From an uncultured delta proteobacterium (GTDB lineage Bacteria; Desulfobacterota; Desulfomonilia; UBA1062), in NCBI GenBank assembly GCA_963798485.1, contig CAWCTR010000007.1, positions 352,001 through 416,000 of the forward strand: a stretch of DNA of 64,000 nucleotides, written 5' to 3'. This document shows positions 1-10,633 of the stretch, piece after piece. Numbering within the stretch: the first letter of the stretch is position 1; each line of letters starts with the position of its first letter. The translations under genes and the position numbers were made by a program. The notes beneath the pieces are model-generated. The model searched no databases and was not told the origin of the DNA. It worked only from the letters and a program-made list of their open reading frames with translations.

Positions 1-492
1 GATACGATCATCCGTAGGCCTTTCTACGCGGAGAAGCTTTGAAAGGAGGTCCTTGACCGCATCTTCGGTGGTCTCAGACCCAAGCTTTGTGATGATGAGG
101 TCTGCAAGGTTCTCGCGAACGCCCTTTTTCATGAGCTTCTCCCGCATGGGGCTCTCTGGGACTACATTGCTCTGGTTCATGAGCTGCTTGAGCATTTTTT
201 TCAGCTCAATAATCTCGTCGCCCATATGATTCGGGGTCTGCATAATGGGTGAGGTGTGGTTAGGCGCAACAGGTTTTCCCGGGTGAGCCTTATAGGTCTG
301 CACTTTATTAATAAGGGTGTCCCCATCATAGTCAACTGCGGCAACCACCTCGATCAATGGTTTGCTCATAAGGCCATAACCGCTCTCTTTGATCTCGCGG
401 GTTGAGATAATGACCGCATTGGAGCCAAGTTCAGTCTTGATCTGCGAGAGCGCATCCTTCATGGAGGCTGCCATATAGGTTTTAATTTGCAT
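1..492 (-). CDS. flhF: Flagellar biosynthesis GTPase FlhF, N-terminal part (runs off the window)
   Basis: Manual translation from ATG at 492: MQIKTYMAASMKDALSQIKTELGSNAVIISTRE, a typical FlhF N-terminus; overlaps the flhA stop. Confidence 0.9.
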   Translation of the reverse strand, partial: MQIKTYMAASMKDALSQIKTELGSNAVIISTREIKESGYGLMSKPLIEVVAAVDYDGDTLINKVQTYKAHPGKPVAPNHTSPIMQTPNHMGDEIIELKKMLKQLMNQSNVVPESPMREKLMKKGVRENLADLIITKLGSETTEDAVKDLLSKLLRVERPTDDRI

Positions 493-2554
493 CGATCCTC
501 ACCAATCCGAGATTCTTAATGGTCACATCGGGAGGTATCTCATTGTGGGAGAGCACAACCAGGTCAGGCATGTACCGTTCTGAAAGCCGCTTCACATACG
601 CCCTGCTGATGGGAGATGTAAGCAGGATCGGTACGAGCCCCTGTTTACCCACATTGTTTACCTCCTTGTTCAACGTCATCAGTATCTTCTGCGATTTCTC
701 CGGATCTAATGCAAGATACGAACCATGTTCCGTGTGCTGGATGGAGCTTGAGATCATCCCGTCTATATTGGGGTCCAGAGCCAGTACGCTGATGGTATTG
801 CCCAGGATGTAGGGAACGCTGATAGTCCGCATGAGGGCTTGTCTGACATACTCTGTCAAAATATCGGGGTCCTTGGATATATGTCCAAAGTCTGCCAATG
901 TCTCCAGGATAGTCAGGATATTCTTTACAGAGACCTTCTCTTTGAGGAGGTTACGAAGCACCCTAAGAACGATTCCGGCGGGCATCGTGCCTGGGATGAG
1001 GTCCTCGATCACCTTGGGGTGGGTCCTCGATATCGAATCCAGGATAGACTGCAACTCCTGCCTTCCTAATAGGTCATGGGCATTGCCCTTGATGGCCTCG
1101 GTCAGATGGGTGGCCACAACCGTGGCTGCATCGACTACCGTGAGCCCGGCCACCTGGGCGCGTTCACTGTCGGCCTTTTTAATCCAGAGGCCGGGCAGCC
1201 CGAAGGCAGGTTCTTTGACGGGGATGCCTGGGATGTCGATATCCACTTTTTCGGGATTCAGGACCATAAGCCTGTCGGAAATGGCCTCAGCCCGGGCGAT
1301 CTCAATGCCCTTGAGCAGCAGCCTGTATTCGTTGGGTTTGAGCTCGAGATTGTCCCGCACATGGATGGGGGGGACCACGACACCAAGCTCGCCTGCAACG
1401 GTCTTGCGCATGGCCTTAATACGCGCAAGCAGCTCCCCGCCCTGGGAGGTATCCACCAGGGGTACAAGGCCATATCCCACCTCGAACTCGATGAGGTCCA
1501 AGGGAAGCAGAGCCTCGGCCGAGGCCTCTTCGCCTTGAGGCGGGGGAAGTTCTCCTTTTTCCTTTTCTTCAGTCTTAAACCTAAGGCTTACCCATCCGAT
1601 CCCGCCCATAACCGAGGCCATGGTAAGGAAGGCCAAGTGGGGCATGCCCGGGACCAGCCCGAAGATGAAGATGATTCCTGCAGAAGTAAGGAGTGCCATT
1701 GGCTGGAAGGCTAGCTGCTCGGAGAGCTGTTTGCCGACCGATTTGTCTGCTCCGGATTGTGTTACCACGATACCGGCGGCCGATGAGATGATGAGCGCCG
1801 GGATCTGGGCAACCAGTCCGTCGCCGATCGTAAGAAGAGTATAGGTCTTGAGAGCATCCTGGAATGGCATGCCGTTTTGCAGCATTCCTATGATAATGCC
1901 GCCTAAAATATTGATGAATGTAATGACAATGCCTGCAATAGCGTCGCCGCGGACAAACTTGGTGGCACCGTCCATGGCCCCGTAAAATTCGGCTTCCCTG
2001 GCAATGCGTTCCCTCCGGCGCCGGGCCTCGTTCTCGGTGATCATCCCTGCATTCAGGTCAGCGTCAATGGCCATCTGCTTGCCGGGCATGGCATCCAAGG
2101 TGAACCGTGCCGTGACTTCGCCGATGCGGGTTGCGCCCTTGGTGATGACCACGAAATTTATAAGGACGAAGATAGAAAAGACTACGATTCCCACAACGTA
2201 GCTGCCACCCACCACGAACTGGCCGAAGGTATGGATAACGCGGCCTGCGGCCAGGTCACCCTCAGAGCCATGCAGGAGGATGATTCGGGTGGATGCGATG
2301 TTCAGCGCCAGCCTGTAGAGTGTCACGATAAGCAACATTGAGGGGAACACGGAAAAATTCAGCGGGCTTGTGGTGTACATGCTCACCATGAGAATGATGA
2401 TGCCCAGCGTTATGCTGAAGGTGAGCAGGATATCCAGTATGAAGGTAGGCAATGGCATCAAGACGATTGCGAGAATGATAAGGACACCGACTGCCATGAA
2501 AATGTCGCTGGTAATCTTTTCCGGGAACTTGATGGGAAGACTCTCTGCTGCCAT
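482..2554 (-). CDS. flhA: Flagellar export gate protein FlhA
   Basis: FHIPEP signature RFTLDAMPGKQMAIDADL and GAMDGATKFVRGDAIAG; 690 aa; lies between flhB and flhF. Confidence 0.97.
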   Translation of the reverse strand: MAAESLPIKFPEKITSDIFMAVGVLIILAIVLMPLPTFILDILLTFSITLGIIILMVSMYTTSPLNFSVFPSMLLIVTLYRLALNIASTRIILLHGSEGDLAAGRVIHTFGQFVVGGSYVVGIVVFSIFVLINFVVITKGATRIGEVTARFTLDAMPGKQMAIDADLNAGMITENEARRRRERIAREAEFYGAMDGATKFVRGDAIAGIVITFINILGGIIIGMLQNGMPFQDALKTYTLLTIGDGLVAQIPALIISSAAGIVVTQSGADKSVGKQLSEQLAFQPMALLTSAGIIFIFGLVPGMPHLAFLTMASVMGGIGWVSLRFKTEEKEKGELPPPQGEEASAEALLPLDLIEFEVGYGLVPLVDTSQGGELLARIKAMRKTVAGELGVVVPPIHVRDNLELKPNEYRLLLKGIEIARAEAISDRLMVLNPEKVDIDIPGIPVKEPAFGLPGLWIKKADSERAQVAGLTVVDAATVVATHLTEAIKGNAHDLLGRQELQSILDSISRTHPKVIEDLIPGTMPAGIVLRVLRNLLKEKVSVKNILTILETLADFGHISKDPDILTEYVRQALMRTISVPYILGNTISVLALDPNIDGMISSSIQHTEHGSYLALDPEKSQKILMTLNKEVNNVGKQGLVPILLTSPISRAYVKRLSERYMPDLVVLSHNEIPPDVTIKNLGLVRIDAN

Positions 2555-3631
2555 TTATCTAACCCCTGCCTTCAGGCGGTAAACATATGCCAGGATCTCG
2601 GCCACCGCCTTGTAGAGTGTTTCCGGGATGGTTTCCCCGATATCCACTGACTTATTGAGCGCCTGGGCCAGCGGCTTGTTTTCAATAATGGGAACCGATG
2701 CCTTTCTCGCCACTTCCCTGATCTTTTCCGCCACGATTCCTGCCCCTTTGGCAATCACCGTGGGTGCTATCATCTTACCGCGATCATATTGCAAGGCTAT
2801 TGCCAAGTGCGTGGGGTTGGTAATGACCACATCCGCCTTGGGCACGTCCCGCATCATCCGTCTCCTGGCCATATGGATCTGTATGGAGCGTATCCTGCTC
2901 TTGATGATTGGATTTCCATCCGACTGCTTGAATTCATCCTTGACCTCCTGCTTGGTCATCATAAGATCCTGGGTGTGCTGCCATTTCTGGAATCCGTAAT
3001 CAAAAGCCGCGATAATAATGAAGATCCACAGGACATCCCACAGGAGGCGTATTGATGAGTGGTAAAACGTCAATACAATGACACTTACATCGGCCTCAAT
3101 AAGAGGCGGGTAGACCGGGAGTTCACGCATGATGGACCGATATGAAACCCAGATGATGATTCCCATGATTGCCAGTGTCTTGACAAGCAGCTCGAGGCTC
3201 CTCATGGACATGAATTTGTTCTTGAATCCGGTTATAGGATTGATCTTGGAGAGCTTTGGGGTGATGGTCTCGGAGCTGAAGAGGAAGCCGACCTGCATGA
3301 TATTTGACGCTAATCCGATAGCGAGGAAGAGCAAAAGCAGGGGCATTACTACCATAGCGAGTTCAAAGACGCCGTGTCTTACGATGGCAATAATGCTTAT
3401 GTTTGATCCATCCCACATGGAAAGGTCAGAGATGTATGCTCTGACGATTGTCATGAGCTTAGATGCAATAGTCGGAATATAAAAATAAAATGCTAATATT
3501 GTTGCAAGAAAGAGCATTGATGTGGATACCTCAACGCTCTTGCATACCTGTCCCTTCTCGCGGGACTCATCTATACGCTTACTGGAAGGTTGCTCGGTTC
3601 GCTCTTGACCGTTATCGTTTTCTTTGGCCAT
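2555..3631 (-). CDS. flhB: Flagellar export switch protein FlhB
   Basis: ERTEQPS N-terminal motif, four hydrophobic segments, NPTH autocleavage motif; start taken at MAKEND. Confidence 0.96.
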   Translation of the reverse strand: MAKENDNGQERTEQPSSKRIDESREKGQVCKSVEVSTSMLFLATILAFYFYIPTIASKLMTIVRAYISDLSMWDGSNISIIAIVRHGVFELAMVVMPLLLLFLAIGLASNIMQVGFLFSSETITPKLSKINPITGFKNKFMSMRSLELLVKTLAIMGIIIWVSYRSIMRELPVYPPLIEADVSVIVLTFYHSSIRLLWDVLWIFIIIAAFDYGFQKWQHTQDLMMTKQEVKDEFKQSDGNPIIKSRIRSIQIHMARRRMMRDVPKADVVITNPTHLAIALQYDRGKMIAPTVIAKGAGIVAEKIREVARKASVPIIENKPLAQALNKSVDIGETIPETLYKAVAEILAYVYRLKAGVR

Positions 3632-3846
3632 ACGATGGTGGAATGCGAAAAACATACCAGGTTAGGAATTCTGTCGGATATTGGTTTTGAGTGTTCCCCT
3701 AATTCTATGGTATTCTTGATTTGTGTAGTGCTATGCGATAGTGTGGTATAGAGCAGCAATGCGGCGCCCATTCTTTTGTGCTTTTAAAACAGGCTATTCA
3801 CCCCGAAAAGCGGAGCATTGTTTAATTTGCAGGAGATTATTTATAT

Positions 3847-5004
3847 ATGCAATTCATTGACCTGAATTACCAGCAGAAGTTGATCCATGGGAAGATCATG
3901 GAGAACATCACGACTGTTCTCACACATGGACAGTACATCATGGGACCGGAGATCAGAGCGCTTGAAAAAAAACTCAGCGAATTTGTGGGGACAAAGCATG
4001 CCGTTGCATGTGCTTCGGGTACGGATGCCCTTCTGATGGCCCTTATGGCGTATGGTGTCGGGCCCGGTGATGCCGTTTTCACAACGCCGTTCACCTTTGT
4101 TGCAACGGCAGAGGTCATTTCTCTGCTGGGGGCAACACCCGTATTCGTGGATATCCAGCCGGATACCTTCAATATCGATCCTGAAAGGCTTGAAGAAGCA
4201 ATATCAGCCCTTGAGGGGCGCAACCCCAAGAGACATCCATTGCCTAATGGGTATGAAAAGCTTGATCCAAAAGGGATCATTGCAGTGGACCTTTTTGGTC
4301 AGAGCGCAGACTACAAACGCATCAATGGCATAGCCAAAAACAAAGGCATGTTTGTCATTGAGGATGCGGCGCAGTCTTTTGGAGCTGAATATAATGGCGC
4401 CAAGGCATGCTCCTTGGCTGATATTGCCGCCACTTCATTTTTTCCGGCAAAACCCCTGGGATGCTATGGAGACGGTGGAATGGTCTTCACCGGTAATGAC
4501 GAACTCGCATCAAAGCTTGATTCCATTCGAGTTCATGGCAAGGGATCTGACAAGTATGATAACATCCGTATAGGGATCAATGGCAGGTGTGACACCCTAC
4601 AGGCAGCTATCCTGCTGGCGAAGTTCGAGATCTTCGAGGAGGAGATCGAACTCAGACAGAAGGTGGCGTGGCAGTATAACCTGTTGCTCGGCGTTTCTGA
4701 TAAGCTCACGTGCCCAACTGTCAAACCGGGTCATAAGAGCGTATGGGCACAGTATTCCGTGCTCTGTAACAACAGGGAGGTCATCCTGGATGAACTCAGG
4801 GACGCTAAGATCCCGAGCGCCATCTACTACCCGAAACCTCTCCATGTACAGACCGCCTATGCCTACCTCGGGTACGAACCCGGCGCCTTTCCTGTCTCGG
4901 AAAAGGCTGCTGAAACGATCTTCTCCCTGCCCATGCACCCTTATCTTACAGCGCAGGACCAGGAACAGATCTCGCAGGTGATAATCAAGACGTTAGAAAT
5001 TTAG
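3847..5004 (+). CDS. DegT/DnrJ/EryC1/StrS PLP aminotransferase (WbpE-like)
   Basis: SGTDAL, IEDAAQSFGA and SFFPAKPLGCYGDGG motifs. Confidence 0.93.
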   Translation: MQFIDLNYQQKLIHGKIMENITTVLTHGQYIMGPEIRALEKKLSEFVGTKHAVACASGTDALLMALMAYGVGPGDAVFTTPFTFVATAEVISLLGATPVFVDIQPDTFNIDPERLEEAISALEGRNPKRHPLPNGYEKLDPKGIIAVDLFGQSADYKRINGIAKNKGMFVIEDAAQSFGAEYNGAKACSLADIAATSFFPAKPLGCYGDGGMVFTGNDELASKLDSIRVHGKGSDKYDNIRIGINGRCDTLQAAILLAKFEIFEEEIELRQKVAWQYNLLLGVSDKLTCPTVKPGHKSVWAQYSVLCNNREVILDELRDAKIPSAIYYPKPLHVQTAYAYLGYEPGAFPVSEKAAETIFSLPMHPYLTAQDQEQISQVIIKTLEI

Positions 5005-5033
5005 TTTAATAGTTTAAAGTGTTAAGTTTTAAG
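5003..5033 (+). repeat. Degenerate AGTTTTA heptamer tandem upstream of the four-helix-bundle gene
   Basis: AGTTTAA(T) AGTTTAA AGTGTTA AGTTTTA AG; inverted relative to 5410-5444. Confidence 0.7.
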
Positions 5034-5044
5034 AAAACTTAATA

Positions 5045-5440
5045 ATGGCATACCATTCTTTTGAAGATTTGGAGGTATGGAAAAGAAGTTGCAGGCTGAC
5101 TGTGAAAGTATATGAGTTGTTCAAGAACTCAAAAGAATATGTACTACGGGATCAGATGACCCGCTCTGCCCTCTCGATTCCTAGCAATATTGCAGAGGGT
5201 GCTGAGAGGAGCTCATCTCTGGAGTTTATTCGTTTTCTAAACATTGCAAAAGGTTCTGCCGCTGAATTGAGAACACAATTGTATATAGCATCAGAAGTTG
5301 GAGCTATTCCTGGTTCTAAGAGAGATGAACTGAAAAAAGAGCTCATTGAGATCTCTTCCATGTTGCAATCACTCATAAGATCCTTAAAGAGCAGCACCAG
5401 CGGGAGACCAAAGACTTCAAACTTAAAACCTAAAACTTAA
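5045..5440 (+). CDS. Four-helix-bundle protein (23S rRNA IVS protein family)
   Basis: FEDLEVW, DQMTRSALSIPSNIAEG and FLNIAKGSAAELRTQL motifs. Confidence 0.92.
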   Translation: MAYHSFEDLEVWKRSCRLTVKVYELFKNSKEYVLRDQMTRSALSIPSNIAEGAERSSSLEFIRFLNIAKGSAAELRTQLYIASEVGAIPGSKRDELKKELIEISSMLQSLIRSLKSSTSGRPKTSNLKPKT

Positions 5441-5444
5441 AACT
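5410..5444 (+). repeat. TAAAACT heptamer tandem at the end of the four-helix-bundle gene
   Basis: AAAGACT TCAAACT TAAAACC TAAAACT TAAAACT. Confidence 0.75.
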
Positions 5445-5449
5445 GTATA

Positions 5450-7042
5450 ATGAACAAGGAGATTCAATTGAAGAGCACAGATGTAAAAGTTGCAGTCATC
5501 GGTTCAGGATACTGGGGTAAGAATCTGGTGAGAAACTATGCCGAGCTTGGAGCTCTCTATGGTGTCTGTGACAGCAGCGATTCTGCCCTCGATTCATTCA
5601 GACAGAAGTATCCAATGATGAAATTCACCACAAATTACTTAGATCTTCTCAATGATGATGCCTTGAAGGGCATCGTTATTGCCACACCGGCAGAAACACA
5701 CTTTACCCTTGCGCGGGAAGCGCTTCTATCAGGCAAGGATGTCTTTGTGGAGAAGCCCTTATCGCTCAATGTAGATGAGGCGGGGGAGCTTAAAGAGATC
5801 GCTGAGAAGAATTCACTGATCCTTATGGTTGGCCATCTGCTTCAGTATCACAGCGCCTTCATCAAGTTGAAGGAACTTACAAGGGATGGCCAGCTTGGAA
5901 GGATTCATTACATCTATTCCAACCGACTCAGCTTCGGCAAGATCCGCAGGGAAGAGGATATTCTGTGGAGCTTTGCACCGCACGATATCTCCATGATACT
6001 CACCTTAGCCCAGGAAGAGCCGGAATATGTAATGGCAACCGGCGGCAATTACCTTCACAAGAAGATTGCCGATGTTACCACCACCCATCTAGAATTCGCC
6101 AGCGGGCTCAAGGCACATGTATTCGTATCATGGCTCCATCCCTTCAAGGAACAGATGCTCGTTGTTGTTGGAGAGAAGAACATGGCAGTATTCAGGGACA
6201 CTGTCCCATGGGGTGATAAGCTGCTCCTGTACCCGCATAATATCCAATGGCACGACGGCATCCCCATCCCTGACAAGAAAGACGAGATAAAGATACCCGT
6301 TGAACAGAGCGAGCCGCTGAAGGCAGAGTGCCTCCACTTCATTGAATGTATCAGTCAAAGGAAGGCCCCGGTAACCGATGCCCGGGAAGGTATCAAGGTA
6401 CTTAAAATCCTCAAGGCAAGCCAGGATTCGTTAAACAACAATGGCAGGAAGATCATGCTGAAGGAAGACCTCAAGAAGCCGCATGAGTATTCCGTGCATG
6501 AATCAAGCTATGTAGATGATGGTGTTGTTATTGGGGCAGGGACTAAGATCTGGCATTTCAGCCATATCCTGAAAGGGTCACGCATCGGCAACGGGTGCAG
6601 TATCGGCCAGAATGTGGTCATCGGGCCTGATGTGAATATCGGGAACGGTTGCAAGATTCAGAACAACGTCTCTATCTACAAGGGCGTCAACCTTGAAGAC
6701 AATGTCTTCTGTGGGCCATCCATGGTCTTCACCAATGTCTTCAACCCCAGGGCCCATATCCCCAGGATGGACGAGCTGAGGCCCACCCTGGTGAAGAAGG
6801 GTGCCACCATCGGCGCGAATGCCACCATTGTGTGCGGTTATACCATCGGTGAGTATGCATTCATCGGCGCAGGTGCTACGGTAGCCCGCGGTGCCCCTGA
6901 CCATGCCCTCATGGTGGGCAACCCTGCCAAACAAATAGGGTGGATGTGCGAGTGCGGTAATAGGCTTGATGATAATTTAGAATGTTCCCACTGCGCAAAG
7001 GCATATCAGCGAAGGGAAAAGGGATTGACATTGAGGGGGTAG
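5450..7042 (+). CDS. Gfo/Idh/MocA oxidoreductase fused to a hexapeptide N-acetyltransferase (WbpB-WbpD-like fusion)
   Basis: N-terminal GSGYWG and VEKPL; C-terminal [23 protein letters not shown] and [14 protein letters not shown]. Confidence 0.9.
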   Translation: MNKEIQLKSTDVKVAVIGSGYWGKNLVRNYAELGALYGVCDSSDSALDSFRQKYPMMKFTTNYLDLLNDDALKGIVIATPAETHFTLAREALLSGKDVFVEKPLSLNVDEAGELKEIAEKNSLILMVGHLLQYHSAFIKLKELTRDGQLGRIHYIYSNRLSFGKIRREEDILWSFAPHDISMILTLAQEEPEYVMATGGNYLHKKIADVTTTHLEFASGLKAHVFVSWLHPFKEQMLVVVGEKNMAVFRDTVPWGDKLLLYPHNIQWHDGIPIPDKKDEIKIPVEQSEPLKAECLHFIECISQRKAPVTDAREGIKVLKILKASQDSLNNNGRKIMLKEDLKKPHEYSVHESSYVDDGVVIGAGTKIWHFSHILKGSRIGNGCSIGQNVVIGPDVNIGNGCKIQNNVSIYKGVNLEDNVFCGPSMVFTNVFNPRAHIPRMDELRPTLVKKGATIGANATIVCGYTIGEYAFIGAGATVARGAPDHALMVGNPAKQIGWMCECGNRLDDNLECSHCAKAYQRREKGLTLRG

Positions 7043-7111
7043 ATGTTTTTTAAGTTATCTTACTATTATTCCCGTAGTATAATCATTTGAATATAAGTTA
7101 AGGAAAATATA

Positions 7112-8275
7112 ATGAATGAAAGACAAGATAAAGAAATTTATAATGATGAGATAGATCTAAGAGAGTTTTTTTTAACTCTCTGGCGCTCCAAGTGGCCCAT
7201 CATGGGGATAACTTTTTCATTCATACTTATAGCTGCGCTCTATTCTTTTTATGCCCCTAAAGTTTATAGAGTATTTATGGTTGTCGAACCGGGAATCATC
7301 GATGTAACTGCTGATGGAAAGTACATTTATCTGGATACTCCTGATAATATCAAAGGTAAGATAGAAAGTGATGCCTACCTTCCCCGAATCTTGAAGTCAT
7401 TGCACATGCACCCTGATGGAATGGATTTAGATTTCAAGGTAACTGTACCAAGAAACGCCAACGTCCTCATCGTTTCTACTGAGTTTCCTAAAAATAAGAC
7501 AAATTTTGGGATGCAGATTCTCAGACAACTCCTTGTGGAGATGCAAAGTGATTATGCCCAGGAATTGCGGAAAAAAAAGGATGAGTATCAGAAACAGATC
7601 CTGATGAAACAAAATCAATTCAACGATATTGAAACACTGCGAAAAGATCTGGATCAACAGATCGGTATCAAGCAAGGTCTTGTGAAAGAGAAGAGGGGGC
7701 AGATCAAGTTATTAAGTTCTATGATTTCAATCGGTAAGCAAAGGGAAGCCGATCTCCTCAGTGATCTGAAAGATGTTAAGGGCAACACACAGAGAATGGC
7801 CGTGCAGCGCGATCAGATGTTAAGGCAGGGAGTTGCTAATAAAGAGAGTGGGATGACAGACCTACTATATTCAACAACCATTCAACAGAATGTGGTCTTT
7901 TTCAATGAATTGAAAAATCAGGTCAATCAAACCAGGATAGAAAGAGAAACCCATGAATCAGATATCAAAAAGTTGGAGGATGAGTTAAATGAAAATGAGC
8001 GGGAGATTGAGCGCCTGAGGTTGAAACAAAAGGAAGAACTCAAGTCAAAGGGCGATGCCCTTGGTATTGAGATTGCTGATTTCCAGAACAAGATCACCCA
8101 GATTCAAAATATTAAAACCATCAGTGAACCTACCGTATCCCATCGTCCTATTAAACCAAGACCTGTTCGTAATGTGGGCATTGCCCTCATCAGCGGTTTG
8201 TTTATCGGGCTAATTGTTGCATTTGTGTTGGAATATATTTCTTCTGGCAGCAGACAAGTGGACCAACGCACCTGA
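7112..8275 (+). CDS. wzz: Wzz-type polysaccharide chain-length determinant
   Basis: DEIDLREFF N-terminus, two terminal TM helices, coiled-coil middle, PIKP motif before the Gly-rich last helix. Confidence 0.85.
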   Translation: MNERQDKEIYNDEIDLREFFLTLWRSKWPIMGITFSFILIAALYSFYAPKVYRVFMVVEPGIIDVTADGKYIYLDTPDNIKGKIESDAYLPRILKSLHMHPDGMDLDFKVTVPRNANVLIVSTEFPKNKTNFGMQILRQLLVEMQSDYAQELRKKKDEYQKQILMKQNQFNDIETLRKDLDQQIGIKQGLVKEKRGQIKLLSSMISIGKQREADLLSDLKDVKGNTQRMAVQRDQMLRQGVANKESGMTDLLYSTTIQQNVVFFNELKNQVNQTRIERETHESDIKKLEDELNENEREIERLRLKQKEELKSKGDALGIEIADFQNKITQIQNIKTISEPTVSHRPIKPRPVRNVGIALISGLFIGLIVAFVLEYISSGSRQVDQRT

Positions 8276-8379
8276 TGGAGGGGTTTTTTATTGATCCAAG
8301 CTTCCTCTACTCCTTGGTCAATTAGGCGTAAGATCGGCTCTGTAAGTGTTATTGCGTTCTAGATCAAGAGATCATACCT

Positions 8380-8390
8380 GGGGGGGGGGG
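8380..8390 (+). repeat. G11 homopolymer tract, intergenic
   Basis: 11 consecutive G between wzz and the GT4 gene. Confidence 0.9.
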
Positions 8391-8579
8391 CAGGAAGACG
8401 GTTCCTGTTCCAGCTACCTAAGGATAGGTATGTCTGGAGCATGGGAACTGCCATAAGGCAGAGGAGTAATGGGGAAGATCAAGCGTCAGATTAGGTGTGC
8501 CTATCCATTGGTTTTGAATGAAAAATAAACAGAAAAGAATTGATTCAACCCTAAATGTTGAATATGTAAAGGTCTCTTT

Positions 8580-9707
8580 ATGCGGATTCTTCTTGTATCC
8601 ATAGCGTATCTTACACACGTAAACCAAAGAAAGTTGGAGATGTTGGCTGCAATGCCGGATGTTGAATTACAGGTAATTGTCCCAACGGTGTGGCATGAAA
8701 CGCTCCATCCCATACTGACAGCTCAGATTCCACCTAACCCCCGTTATTCATTTTTGCCAACACCTACATTCTTCACCGGACGAGCAGGGCGGTATTTCTA
8801 TCTAACGTTGGATCTTACGATGCGACAATTTCGCCCGGATATTATAGAGATAGAAGATGGATGGAGAAGTCTCCCAACCTTTCAAGCTGCTTTGTACAAG
8901 CGTATATGGGCACCTCATGCTCGGTTCGTCATATTTTCATGGGAGAACCTTGTTCGTCCTTTACCTATGCATAGATTTGTATTTCAAAGGTTCAATCTCA
9001 AACATACCGATTGTGTGATTTGTGGAAATCGAGATGGTGTGACAAGTGTCAAATCTACTGGTTATAAAGGGCCTGTAGTAGTAGTCCCACAACTCGGAGT
9101 CGATACAGAGGTGTTTCATAAGCTTGATAGTAATGAAATACGTCGTCAGTTGAACATTTTTCCCGAGACATTTGTGATCGGTTTTGCAGCACGTCTTGTT
9201 CCGGAAAAAGGCCTCTTATATCTCTTAGAAGCTGCAGCTCAATTACAGGGTGATTGGACGCTTCTTCTTATCGGCGATGGGCCCGATCGTGATAGGGCAT
9301 TAAAGCGCGCCCAAGAGCTTGGCATTGTACCTCGTATACGAATGATCGGGTCAGTACCACACTTTGATCTCGCCAAGTATTACAATGCAATGGATGTCTT
9401 AGTTTCTCCGTCGGTTTCCACCCCTGTATGGAAAGAACAGTATGGTTTGGTAGTGCTTCAAGTGATGAATTCTCAAGTACCAGTGGTGGGCTCAACATGT
9501 GGAGAAACCCCCCACGTGATAGGGGATGCTGGATTAATCTTTAAAGAAGGCGATGTGACAAAACTTGTTGAACATCTGCGTCTCTTGCAGTCCAATCCGG
9601 TTTTGCGAGTAGATCTGGGCAAGCGGGGATATGAGCGGGTTCAAAAACATTTCACATTCCATAGCATTGCACAACAAACATATAAGGTCTGGGAAGGGTT
9701 AATGTAA
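8580..9707 (+). CDS. Glycosyltransferase family 4
   Basis: ARLVPEKG, WKEQYGLV and PVVGSTCGETP GT-B motifs. Confidence 0.9.
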   Translation: MRILLVSIAYLTHVNQRKLEMLAAMPDVELQVIVPTVWHETLHPILTAQIPPNPRYSFLPTPTFFTGRAGRYFYLTLDLTMRQFRPDIIEIEDGWRSLPTFQAALYKRIWAPHARFVIFSWENLVRPLPMHRFVFQRFNLKHTDCVICGNRDGVTSVKSTGYKGPVVVVPQLGVDTEVFHKLDSNEIRRQLNIFPETFVIGFAARLVPEKGLLYLLEAAAQLQGDWTLLLIGDGPDRDRALKRAQELGIVPRIRMIGSVPHFDLAKYYNAMDVLVSPSVSTPVWKEQYGLVVLQVMNSQVPVVGSTCGETPHVIGDAGLIFKEGDVTKLVEHLRLLQSNPVLRVDLGKRGYERVQKHFTFHSIAQQTYKVWEGLM

Positions 9708-10633
9708 TGATAGGGGAAAAGATTCTGATTCTTGGTGGAACGGGCCTTTTGGGGAAAGCCATTATGGAGTCTTGTCCTAAAGGTATCAAGCTTTTTACAA
9801 CACATTTGCGAGATCTGCCCACAGGGCTTCAATGCAATGGTTTAAGACAGTTGGATGTTTCTAATAGGGAAGAAACACAAAAGTTATTACAAGAGATCCA
9901 ACCCTATGCCGTGGTACATATGGCGGGGCTAGGTAGTGTTGATTTTGCAGAGAAAAACCAGCATGAGGCTTGGGTTATCAATGTTCAGGGCACTCAAAAT
10001 GTAATTGATGCTTGCCGCAGTTTAAGCACAAAATTGATTTATATATCTTCTAATGCGGTTTTTGATGGCAATCACCCTCCTTATCACGAAAACTCAGTGA
10101 GGCAACCAGTGAATTACTATGGTCAACTGAAAGTTGAATCCGAAGATAAAGTGCAGTCGAGTGGTTTGGAACATGCTATAGTCCGTCCCATTCTCATGTA
10201 TGGTTGGCATTATTTGCATGCTAGAGAAAATCCTGTCACTATGTGGCTTCGCTTGCTCGGTGAGGGGAAACCACTGAAAGTAGTTAATGATAGGTATTGG
10301 CAGCCGCTTTATGTGGAAGATTGTGCAGATCTGATTTGGACAATCTTAGAGAAGGGAAAAACAGGATTATTCAACATTTCTGGCCCGGATAGGATAAGCT
10401 TATATGAGTTTGCTCTTAAGGCCTCGAAAGCATTTGGACTTGATTCAACTTTAATCGAACCTGTTTCAAGCAGTTTTTTCCCAACCATTGCCCCACGACC
10501 GTTTGACACATCCTTCATATTAGACAAGATCCAGACAGAATTAGGGATGAAGCCTGTAAGTGTAGATGTTGGTTTAAAAAGGATGAAATTAGCCAGGACA
10601 TGGAAAGGAGTGGTTTCCGATGAAGCCCATTGA
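9707..10633 (+). CDS. RmlD-like SDR (NDP-4-keto sugar reductase)
   Basis: GGTGLLG, YISSNAVFDG and YYGQLK motifs. Confidence 0.85.
   Translation: MIGEKILILGGTGLLGKAIMESCPKGIKLFTTHLRDLPTGLQCNGLRQLDVSNREETQKLLQEIQPYAVVHMAGLGSVDFAEKNQHEAWVINVQGTQNVIDACRSLSTKLIYISSNAVFDGNHPPYHENSVRQPVNYYGQLKVESEDKVQSSGLEHAIVRPILMYGWHYLHARENPVTMWLRLLGEGKPLKVVNDRYWQPLYVEDCADLIWTILEKGKTGLFNISGPDRISLYEFALKASKAFGLDSTLIEPVSSSFFPTIAPRPFDTSFILDKIQTELGMKPVSVDVGLKRMKLARTWKGVVSDEAH

Noticed and set aside
5045-5440. Diversity-generating retroelement (Avd-like gene)
   Set aside because: No reverse transcriptase or TR/VR pair seen in the window.
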